DNA of 24,167 nucleotides from a virus. Taxonomy: Duplodnaviria; Caudoviricetes. Both the position numbers and the translations under genes were made by a program. Shown here one piece after another: positions 7,030-14,016 of the stretch. Below the pieces are notes generated by a model that worked only from the letters and a program-made list of their open reading frames with translations, did not search any database and was not told where the DNA came from. Numbering within the stretch: the stretch's first letter is position 1; each line of letters opens with the position of its first letter. The stretch lies in the IMG/VR virus record IMGVR_UViG_3300025543_000209, positions 1-24,167 of that record; one strand, 5' to 3'.

Positions 7030-7741
7030 TTAAAAATAATTTTTCATATAAGTTAATTGACTTGTGCAGTTCCATCGCTCCGAAGTTTAGGAAATTCTCC
7101 GATGCTTTGTAGATGCCTACTTCATAAGGGAACTCTTTCTCTATAACGAGGAAGTAAAACTCATCGCAATTGAAGATCTCAGAGTATAGGTACGCTTGTT
7201 GAGCGTACATCCACTTGGCGTTTCTGGACCATTCCTCCAGCGGTTTAGCAGTTGTCTTTAGATCAACAAGGTATCTACGTCCGCCCTCTTCAACAATTGA
7301 ATCGGCCTTACCTTTTAGTTTAACAACCTCCCCAGATTCTAACGACCATTCCATTACACCGGGAATCTCGGGTTGGAAGTCAAATCCCATAAGGTCAGTT
7401 ACCTCACTTACCTTTTGTAGTTTATCGTACATCCCTTGGACGCAATCGTAGTCTTTGGTAGGTAATACTAACTTACCAGTGTTCTCCGCTTTAAACGCCT
7501 TGTAGTCGTTTCCTCTACGCGTTCCGTTCCACTTCACAGAGATATCTTTTCCTTCGAGGAACAGAGAGTGTAGGGCTTGGCCTACGTCGAAGTACGACGC
7601 ACTTGGCCAAGACCATTTACCTTGTCTCCATAAGTGAAACTTTGTAGGAGACTTAGTCATCAACTTCAGCGAACTATTGGAAAGGTAGGACCTATCTGCG
7701 TAGTACGCCTCGTCGTCATTAAAGCGAGTAACATCATCCAT
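6986..7741 (-). CDS. RecE/exonuclease VIII-like PD-(D/E)XK exonuclease
   Basis: YY...LS.S.LK, G.A.H...LE, KGKAD, DLKTT, Y..Q..LY, F.V.EK..PY motifs. Confidence 0.85.
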   Translation of the reverse strand: MDDVTRFNDDEAYYADRSYLSNSSLKLMTKSPTKFHLWRQGKWSWPSASYFDVGQALHSLFLEGKDISVKWNGTRRGNDYKAFKAENTGKLVLPTKDYDCVQGMYDKLQKVSEVTDLMGFDFQPEIPGVMEWSLESGEVVKLKGKADSIVEEGGRRYLVDLKTTAKPLEEWSRNAKWMYAQQAYLYSEIFNCDEFYFLVIEKEFPYEVGIYKASENFLNFGAMELHKSINLYEKLFLNGEFRPYYAIVGEL

Positions 7742-8283
7742 TATGCAAGGATTTCTTTATTTTGTTCAGCGGTCGTGTTGTATCCGGCTAACGCCTTCTC
7801 TACTGCTTCCTTCTTACCAGAGGCAACTGCGGCCTTCATCTTCTCAATGATCTCCGGAGTAAGTTCCTTTAGTGATGGCGTAGAAGCCTTCTTAGCTGGT
7901 GCAGTAGTCGTACTTCCTGTAGAGTTCTGCTTTGCGATGGCGATCGCAACCTCGTTAGAACTTGCAATCGAAGTATCAATACCAATACCGAGAGCAGCCA
8001 ATGCACGGCCCCAAGCACTCGTCTCACAATTCTCCACATAGCTTGTCTTGTTAATGTAACTACTGGACTTATCCTCTTGAGCGAAACCAGTTGCTTTAAC
8101 CATTCCGTTCTCATCTGTAATGAGAGCTTTTATTACACAACTCCCTTCATCAAGGTGGTGGATCTCTGAAGATAGCGACCATCCCTTGTAGTCTCCGCTC
8201 TCGCGGAAGTACTTGATTCTTTCATTGACTTCAACATACTCTTTACCTTTGATGTTTGTAGTCTTAAACTTGTAGCGACTCAT
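7741..8283 (-). CDS. Single-strand annealing protein (Sak/Rad52-like)
   Basis: KGK.Y..V..R, ATG.A.E, ENCETSA.GRAL..LGIG, AS..EV motifs; TAATG-coupled to the exonuclease. Confidence 0.75.
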   Translation of the reverse strand: MSRYKFKTTNIKGKEYVEVNERIKYFRESGDYKGWSLSSEIHHLDEGSCVIKALITDENGMVKATGFAQEDKSSSYINKTSYVENCETSAWGRALAALGIGIDTSIASSNEVAIAIAKQNSTGSTTTAPAKKASTPSLKELTPEIIEKMKAAVASGKKEAVEKALAGYNTTAEQNKEILA

Positions 8284-8315
8284 ATATAATTGTTTGAATT
8301 AATACTCTTTGTGGG

Positions 8316-8373
8316 GGTTTGGTCGGGGGCCGGAGCGTGCCCCCTTTACAAACCAAAACCTTAAGATGCTCCG
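8316..8373 (-). ncRNA. Structured 5' leader (hairpin with loop pairing, pseudoknot-like)
   Basis: GGTTTG/CAAACC and GGGGGC/GCCCCC stems; loop GCTCCG complementary to upstream CGGAGC. Confidence 0.5.
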
Positions 8374-8402
8374 TTGTGCTTAAACAATGATTAACATTAC
8401 TG

Positions 8403-8432
8403 CTAATATACTAATAAATTACTAAAAAGCAA
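8403..8432 (-). promoter_or_regulatory. Bacteroidota primary-sigma promoter for the recombination operon
   Basis: TTG-N19-TATATTAG, one mismatch to the TAnnTTTG -7 consensus. Confidence 0.6.
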
Positions 8433-8961
8433 TACCAGCTATCTTTTTATTTAACATATTTAAACTCATCTGCTTCTCATAGTTGTCTGCCTTGAGTTGA
8501 TCTATCTCCTTCTGTAGTTCTTTTACAACTTCTTCCTGTAGTTTAAATTCCATCAAGACCTTTCTATTGCGACGACTCATCTTCATTAATCGATCACGCA
8601 TTTGATTGTTCTCATCCTTTAATCCGTTGTACTCAGAGAAGTCTATATCAAACATAAACATCTCAGCAAACTGATGGCTCATAATCTCGTAAGCCTTGTA
8701 ATATACTTTTGAGAAACGAAGATTTACTTCGTGATTCTTATTGGCCCATACCACCATTGCGTGATGCTTCCCCAGAATTTTAGCTATACTCGTTATGCTG
8801 AGTGAGGAATACTTATTTGCAGCAACCATAAATGCATTGCGGTACATTACATTTCTTTGGACTCTGTTGTCATCAACGGCCCATTGTTTTTTAACGTCCT
8901 TCCAGTAGTGTTCCAACATTACCTTTTGACCCATTGCGCTTAATACCTGTTCTTTTTCCAT
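8422..8961 (-). CDS. DnaA domain IV-like HTH protein with long coiled coil
   Basis: R.QRNV.YR...LSITSIAKILGKHHAMVVWA resembles the DnaA C-terminal SL..IG..FG.RDHTTV.HA; C-terminal heptad repeats. Confidence 0.65.
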   Translation of the reverse strand: MEKEQVLSAMGQKVMLEHYWKDVKKQWAVDDNRVQRNVMYRNAFMVAANKYSSLSITSIAKILGKHHAMVVWANKNHEVNLRFSKVYYKAYEIMSHQFAEMFMFDIDFSEYNGLKDENNQMRDRLMKMSRRNRKVLMEFKLQEEVVKELQKEIDQLKADNYEKQMSLNMLNKKIAGIAF

Positions 8962-8983
8962 AATTTACTTTGTTATAAACCCC

Positions 8984-9084
8984 TATATACTTAGTATACC
9001 TACTCTGTATATACTATATACTCTCTCTTATAGAGAGAAGTATATACTCTATATACTAAGAATATAATATATACTAAGTATATA
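8984..9084. repeat. AT-rich nested palindrome, element A (origin-like)
   Basis: Perfect 15-bp inverted repeats at 8984-8998 and 9070-9084; central hairpin 9015-9046; extra TATACTAAG at 9052-9060. Confidence 0.8.
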
Positions 9085-9224
9085 TCCAAAGTATATATGG
9101 TATTTTAATCGGGTATTCTTTTTTTTATATTCCTAAGTGATCACTATACTCGTCCTCTAAACGGCTATCGGTCCACAACTGATACCAATACTCATCATCT
9201 TCGTAAGAGTCTCTTAAATCGTCT

Positions 9225-9530
9225 CTAAGACATCTCTCTGTCGATGTATAGATTGAGTTTCCGTTCTGCTTCTTTCCAGTTCTCAAAGTATTGATTCCGT
9301 TCTGAAAGAACTTTGTAATACTTGAGGCGTGCTTTGTCAACACCTCTCTGTAGTTTAAGTAAGTCATTTGTTCGTGTTCTATGGATTGCCTCAAAATCAT
9401 ACAAGGCCATTAATATTTTTTTCTTCTCATCAGAGTCTTCTAACATACCAATGATCTCGGTCATCTCACCTACAATGTAGATCAGTAGAGTCATATCATT
9501 AGCGTATATCAATTCATCTGCGCTATTCAT
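9225..9530 (-). CDS. Hypothetical coiled-coil protein
   Basis: Overlaps the upstream stop; helical composition. Confidence 0.6.
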   Translation of the reverse strand: MNSADELIYANDMTLLIYIVGEMTEIIGMLEDSDEKKKILMALYDFEAIHRTRTNDLLKLQRGVDKARLKYYKVLSERNQYFENWKEAERKLNLYIDREMS

Positions 9531-9690
9531 CTTCCTTTAAAGAATTATAATTCTTTATCATAAACACCCAGTCATCTCTGGATATCTCTTCCTCACAAAA
9601 CTCTTGGGCAAGTTCTCTTGCTTTAGGACTAAACATATTGTAGGCTCCTAATTCTCTAACGAGTTCGTATGCTTTAAACTTCTCTTTCAT
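9523..9690 (-). CDS. 55-aa protein, DUF5049-like
   Basis: Hand translation MKEKFKAYELVRELGAYNMFSPKARELAQEFCEEEISRDDWVFMIKNYNSLKEDE; YE.VR..G..NMF and .KNY..L pattern. Confidence 0.6.
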   Translation of the reverse strand: MKEKFKAYELVRELGAYNMFSPKARELAQEFCEEEISRDDWVFMIKNYNSLKEDE

Positions 9691-9695
9691 AACTC

Positions 9696-9926
9696 CTATT
9701 TATTAAACAATACTTTATTCTTCCAATCATTAAGATCCATTGGCTTCAGATCTTCAGAGATATTCTCGTACTTGTAGTACGCAATAACATCTACCATCAC
9801 CTTATCCGGCACATCATTCCAAGCATATATAAGAGCGAGATCAGCGAGCGTTGGTCTACCATTACCTTCGGTACGATTCCATTTCATCACGACTACATTA
9901 AACTCTCTTAGTGTATTGATTTTCAT
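9696..9926 (-). CDS. Hypothetical protein
   Basis: ATGA coupling to the upstream gene. Confidence 0.6.
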   Translation of the reverse strand: MKINTLREFNVVVMKWNRTEGNGRPTLADLALIYAWNDVPDKVMVDVIAYYKYENISEDLKPMDLNDWKNKVLFNK

Positions 9927-10132
9927 AATTGATTATCTTTAAATGTTTTGTACTTGATCCGAGCTACCTTCAGAAACAAACGCTTATCAACTACATCGTA
10001 GAACTGGACCATTGAATGGTACAAGTAGTTTCTTTCTAATACATCCACTATTAGTTCCGCTAACTGATGGCCTGTAGGATCTATCTCTATTACAACCTTC
10101 TCCAGTTTTTTATACGCTTCGTTACTCTGCAT
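9923..10132 (-). CDS. Hypothetical protein
   Basis: Operon packing. Confidence 0.6.
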   Translation of the reverse strand: MQSNEAYKKLEKVVIEIDPTGHQLAELIVDVLERNYLYHSMVQFYDVVDKRLFLKVARIKYKTFKDNQL

Positions 10133-10331
10133 CTCCGATATTATTTAAAGTTCCACAATCACATATATGTAACTGGTTCACACCAATTACGATAGGTATC
10201 TGCTTATCACATCCACCACAAAAGAATACTTCTCTATGGTACTCTTCTTTTTTAGACGTTACTATTTTATCCGAAACCATCTTAGTAACAGTTCCATCTT
10301 TCCAGTGTATTTGATATCCTTTACGATCCAT
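10122..10331 (-). CDS. Small Zn-ribbon-like protein
   Basis: CGGC...CDCG. Confidence 0.6.
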   Translation of the reverse strand: MDRKGYQIHWKDGTVTKMVSDKIVTSKKEEYHREVFFCGGCDKQIPIVIGVNQLHICDCGTLNNIGDAE

Positions 10332-10335
10332 ATTA

Positions 10336-10623
10336 CTACTCGTTTACAAATTCATACTCGTTACCAAATGCACTAACCGATACCAATTGGTCCGGGATAA
10401 TCTGCATATACCGCTTACGATTGTTGTCCCAGATCAACCAGTTGCTTTCCTTGATGGAAGACTTGCCTCCCTTAGTAAACTTAGCAACACCCATACGGCC
10501 ATTGAAACTGGTAACCTCACCATTCTTTTTGATGTAGGTGCCTCCGAAGATTCTACCACTTGATTGTAGTTCTGACTTGAACTCTGCTGCGTAACCTTTA
10601 GTTACTGATACTTTAGTTTTCAT
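10336..10623 (-). CDS. SH3/Sm-like beta-barrel protein (WYL_2/DUF2693-like)
   Basis: G.IF...YIKK.G....N.R.GV....KGG...WD....Y..I pattern. Confidence 0.55.
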   Translation of the reverse strand: MKTKVSVTKGYAAEFKSELQSSGRIFGGTYIKKNGEVTSFNGRMGVAKFTKGGKSSIKESNWLIWDNNRKRYMQIIPDQLVSVSAFGNEYEFVNE

Positions 10624-10634
10624 TGTATATAGTT

Positions 10635-10880
10635 TTAGTAGTTAATATAAGATTCTTTGTGAGGATATACCACATTGCGGTTTTTGTCAAACATACCACA
10701 CTCAAATCTGCGTGTCTGTAGTGTTTGAGCTATATCTATTAGCTCTTCATCGTCAGCCCACTCTCTAAGAATGACCTCTAACATTTGTCCAGCAGTCCAA
10801 TGTTCCGCTTCCTGTGTAATTGCATTCACAGCTCTCTCCGAGTGCGAGTCGTTATGCAAGTCTATAGCTGTTGCTTTCAT
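10635..10880 (-). CDS. Hypothetical protein, first gene of the leftward arm
   Basis: ATG 10880 (MKATAID) lies downstream of the promoter; the longer start at 10934 falls inside the promoter. Confidence 0.65.
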   Translation of the reverse strand: MKATAIDLHNDSHSERAVNAITQEAEHWTAGQMLEVILREWADDEELIDIAQTLQTRRFECGMFDKNRNVVYPHKESYINY

Positions 10881-10904
10881 AATTGTAATTGTTTTGATTC
10901 CCTC

Positions 10905-10935
10905 CAAAAGTAATATAAAACTTCTAACTTGCAAA
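10905..10935 (-). promoter_or_regulatory. Consensus Bacteroidota primary-sigma promoter driving the leftward arm
   Basis: TTTG-N19-TACTTTTG, an exact -33/-7 match, with upstream A/T tracts. Confidence 0.8.
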
Positions 10936-11201
10936 CACTTCTGTTAAAAAGTCTAAAAAAAAATAATTTCCCCAGATTCTTCGGGCATTCGCGTTATGAA
11001 ATTTTCCAAAAAGTCCCCCAGATTTTTCGGCTTTCGCGATTTATTCGTATGACGTGCGCGTCCGTCACGCGTGTGGCGATTGCACCGGTGGACCCGGTAG
11101 GTATTTTCACTCAATTTAGCCCTAATTCGGGGACGATCAACTAAGCCCGCAGGCCAGTGCTGGCAAGGGATCCGGACTTTTTCACTCGATAAAACACTGC
11201 G

Positions 11202-11260
11202 AAAAATAAAAATATTTTTGGTCCCTATGTCGGGGATATTCTTTTATAGTATAATATTAC
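11202..11260 (+). promoter_or_regulatory. Probable rightward early promoter region
   Basis: A-tract, TATTTTTG (TAnnTTTG) at 11213-11220 without a spaced -33; TATAAT at 11250-11255. Exact element unresolved. Confidence 0.3.
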
Positions 11261-11317
11261 ACCAACAAACAACCGGCAACGATGCCGGGCCTTAATTAAT
11301 TTAACACCTTTTTAAAA

Positions 11318-11590
11318 ATGAAAACTTCAAACAGAATTACAAAAATTTGGACCAGCGAAACAGGACGCACAGAGTACGAAATAGGACGCGCGCACATTCA
11401 AAGCAATGACCCAGAATTAACCAACTACTTTTGGCGTTGTACCGGTGACGAGTACGAGGTAGGCGGCGAGCTTCAAATCTGGAAAGAGCCCAACGGCGTT
11501 AAATGTGTTAATGATTTCGATGGCGCCTTTGATCTACCCAAGGGAATTAAAACGCACTTAATTAATAAAGGCGTAGAGGTAGACTTTTAA
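11318..11590 (+). CDS. Early hypothetical protein
   Basis: A-rich leader (ACACCTTTTTAAAAATG) preceded by a GC hairpin. Confidence 0.7.
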   Translation: MKTSNRITKIWTSETGRTEYEIGRAHIQSNDPELTNYFWRCTGDEYEVGGELQIWKEPNGVKCVNDFDGAFDLPKGIKTHLINKGVEVDF

Positions 11591-11640
11591 AATAAATATA
11601 AACCCGGGCCGGATCCGTCCGGCCCTCAATACCTTAAACA

Positions 11641-11763
11641 ATGAAAACAAACAAACTACAAACCAGCACAACAAAACAAAAGAAAAAAAGCGAAGGCGGA
11701 ACGCTGGAAGCCCTCGCAGTAATTGGCGCCCTTTATTTGCTCGCGTCCTTTATTTTACGTTAA
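11641..11763 (+). CDS. 40-aa single-pass membrane peptide
   Basis: Hand translation MKTNKLQTSTTKQKKKSEGGTLEALAVIGALYLLASFILR; same ACCTTAAACAATG leader as the gene at 12050. Confidence 0.7.
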   Translation: MKTNKLQTSTTKQKKKSEGGTLEALAVIGALYLLASFILR

Positions 11764-11782
11764 CCCTTAAAAAGAAAAAAAA

Positions 11783-12031
11783 ATGTTTAAAGACTTAACC
11801 GAAATAGACACCGGCGCCGGGCTAATGATCAACGGCGAAGCCGAATTCAACGCCGCAGAATTAGACTATCTAAACGGCACCGGAATATCGGAAGGCTGGA
11901 CCGCTAATATATATGGCCTTATTATAGACGTAAACGGCAAAGAGTATACAATACCAGCCGCGGCACTCAGTCCGGACCTATTGAAGGCGCTAACCAGCAA
12001 CGCAGAAACAGAGCTAAACAATTACTACTAA
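11783..12031 (+). CDS. Early acidic hypothetical protein
   Basis: A-rich leader; D/E-rich. Confidence 0.7.
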   Translation: MFKDLTEIDTGAGLMINGEAEFNAAELDYLNGTGISEGWTANIYGLIIDVNGKEYTIPAAALSPDLLKALTSNAETELNNYY

Positions 12032-12049
12032 AATTTAAAACCTTAAACA

Positions 12050-12895
12050 ATGATCAACTTTGAAGAATTAGCCAACGCAGTAAACCCGAACCCGGGTCAA
12101 ACATTAAAAGCAGCACCAACGCCACCCGCGTATACGATCCCGGCCAAACTACTGAGCAAGGGAACAACCAACGCTAAAACAAGCAAAAACGCCCTTGAAA
12201 CCTTTATACTATATATGAGTCCAGCGGCCCAAAATAGTAAAGGCGCCGACCTTTGCCCGTTTCGTAGTAAAGGATGTACGGCCGCTTGTTTATACACTGC
12301 CGGCCGCGGAAAGTTTAACAACGTCCAACGCGCCCGAATGAATAAGAGCGAATACTTTATAAGGGACAAAAAAACGTTTTTAGCCCAGTTAGCGCTCGAA
12401 CTAATAGCAATAAACAAAAAGCAGTTAAAGAAGGGAACAAAGGCCGCAATCCGTTTAAACGGGACCACAGACGTGGACTTTTTGTACCTTCTTAAGAATC
12501 GCGCCGGACTTGACGCCCTGCAATTGGAAGGCCTTGTATTTTACGACTACACCAAAGACCCGCACCGCGTTAAAAGGTACGCCGGGACCAACTACACACT
12601 AACATTTAGCCGGGCCGAGGATAACGAACCGCAGGCCCTCGATATCCTAAAAAATAGCGGCATAGTTTCGGCCGTCTTCGCTGAGAAATTGCCCCAGCTA
12701 TATAAAGGCTTCGAGGTTATCGACGGCGACGCGTCCGACGATCTTATGATTAAAGCAGCGGCCGCCGTTGGCGTACTCAAACGCACCCGGAAAGGTAAAG
12801 GTATTATATTAGGACTAAAGGCCAAAGGAGACGCTAAAAAGGACCTTAGCGGCTTCGTAATTACCTCACACCTAAACACCGGCGGCAATGCATAG
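12050..12895 (+). CDS. GP88-family, radical-SAM-like Fe-S protein
   Basis: CPFRSKGCTAACLY (Cx6Cx3C), RLNGT.D, FYDYTK, YTLTFS, VIDGD..D and LKAKG.AKKD..GFV motifs. Confidence 0.8.
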   Translation: MINFEELANAVNPNPGQTLKAAPTPPAYTIPAKLLSKGTTNAKTSKNALETFILYMSPAAQNSKGADLCPFRSKGCTAACLYTAGRGKFNNVQRARMNKSEYFIRDKKTFLAQLALELIAINKKQLKKGTKAAIRLNGTTDVDFLYLLKNRAGLDALQLEGLVFYDYTKDPHRVKRYAGTNYTLTFSRAEDNEPQALDILKNSGIVSAVFAEKLPQLYKGFEVIDGDASDDLMIKAAAAVGVLKRTRKGKGIILGLKAKGDAKKDLSGFVITSHLNTGGNA

Positions 12896-13082
12896 TATTT
12901 TCGAAACGATCGAAGCGCGGCCCCTCAAAGTAAGAGAAGGAAAGCGCGCCCACTGGATAAAGACCAACGGCCAGCGTATAAACTTAGCCAGCCGAAACCA
13001 CCATAGCAGCCTAACCAACGGCCGGACCTTTATATTCTCAGAGGATCGGCGACACGTTAAGCAGTTAAAAAACTACATATAA
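12888..13082 (+). CDS. Early hypothetical protein
   Basis: Overlaps the GP88 stop; followed by the terminator. Confidence 0.6.
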   Translation: MHSIFETIEARPLKVREGKRAHWIKTNGQRINLASRNHHSSLTNGRTFIFSEDRRHVKQLKNYI

Positions 13083-13109
13083 GCACCTGTAAAGGATCAA
13101 CACCAAAGG

Positions 13110-13139
13110 AAGGGCACCCAATACGGGCGCCCTTTTTTT
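13110..13139 (+). terminator. Rho-independent terminator of the early island
   Basis: AAGGGC-A-CCC/GGG-C-GCCCTT stem followed by a T-run. Confidence 0.75.
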
Positions 13140-13210
13140 ATACCCTTAAACGGGACCAACTGAAGAAGGAACGACGGAAGGAAAAGAGGAAAAGAGGCCC
13201 GAGAGTTACG

Positions 13211-13247
13211 CCCCCCGGCCCCACCCCTTACAACACCCCGGCACCCC
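13211..13247 (-). other. Putative G-quadruplex / i-motif tract
   Basis: Five runs of at least 4 C on the + strand, separated by 2, 1, 8 and 4 nt. Confidence 0.5.
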
Positions 13248-13463
13248 TTCACCGGATCCACACCCCCAGCGGGCCAACTAAGGCCCCCACATTGGACCAA
13301 TGGAACCCCTTATATACTTAGTGCGGCCAAAAATGTAGGACCGACAAAGGACCCCCGGCCGATAGTGACCGGACGAAGGAGGCGAAGAGATAACTTAGCC
13401 CTCGGTGTCCGCGGGGAAGGTGTCTATGTGAATGCCAAACCAAATGAACTTAAAATATTCCCT

Positions 13464-13597
13464 TGTATATACATAGTATGTATACCTCTGTATATATATA
13501 CTCTTAGGAACTTAGTATATACTAAGGAGAACTGTATACTCTCCCCTTTAGGGGGAGTATATAAGGGTATACTAAGTGTCCACACTAAGTATATACA
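13464..13597. repeat. AT-rich nested palindrome, element B (related to element A)
   Basis: 14-bp outer inverted repeats with 1 mismatch; perfect palindrome CTTAGTATATACTAAG at 13511-13526; hairpin 13535-13561. Confidence 0.8.
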
Positions 13598-13719
13598 GGA
13601 AGTTTTTTAAGGCGGATATATTAATGAATAGATTTATTCACTATCTTGTAGATTCATTTAGAGCCTTTCTAAGGACTCCAATTAAACACTTCTATACAAT
13701 CGTACCAAAAGACCAAGAT

Positions 13720-14016
13720 ATGTCCTCTAAAGAACTCCTAATAGCTTTATTGAGCGGAACAATGCCTAAAGGTGATACCAAATCAGAGATGTTTAAGTTT
13801 TACAACTCTATGGTAGGGAAGAGTAAATACTTTCCAAAGAGTGAGAATCCTAAGACTGCGTGTGGTAGTTGTATCCAAAGGGTGAAGACTTCTATTTGGA
13901 AATGGTATCACAGTGATGAGACAGCTCCAACCTTTAGTGAGTTGACTTTTACGGGTAGATTAGGCGCACATAATATTCCATTATACACACTTACAGATGC
14001 CAGCAAAAAGAAATAA
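13720..14016 (+). CDS. Hypothetical protein with CGSC motif upstream of terminase
   Basis: PKTACGSCIQRV; ATG 13720 preferred, 13624 possible; the 13576 start lies inside element B. Confidence 0.6.
   Translation: MSSKELLIALLSGTMPKGDTKSEMFKFYNSMVGKSKYFPKSENPKTACGSCIQRVKTSIWKWYHSDETAPTFSELTFTGRLGAHNIPLYTLTDASKKK

Noticed and set aside
21-8114. Plus-strand or nested ORFs (21, 936, 2183, 3673, 4619, 5221, 5854, 7215, 7634, 7869)
   Set aside because: They overlap coupled minus-strand genes and look like shadow frames.
8316-8373. HDV-like (theta) ribozyme
   Set aside because: Pairing order is partly similar, but no convincing P3/L3 or P1.1 could be built.
8984-9084. CRISPR array or transposon ends at the TATACTAAG repeats (also 13464-13597)
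   Set aside because: No regular repeat-spacer period, no cas or transposase gene, no target-site duplication.
10929-11144. 71-aa plus-strand ORF
   Set aside because: Spans a promoter and repeats; no leader or protein-like features.
12097-13610. ORFs 12097-12468, 12592-12888, 13097-13300 and 13365-13610
   Set aside because: Antisense to the GP88-like gene, or translations of the terminator, C-tracts and element B.
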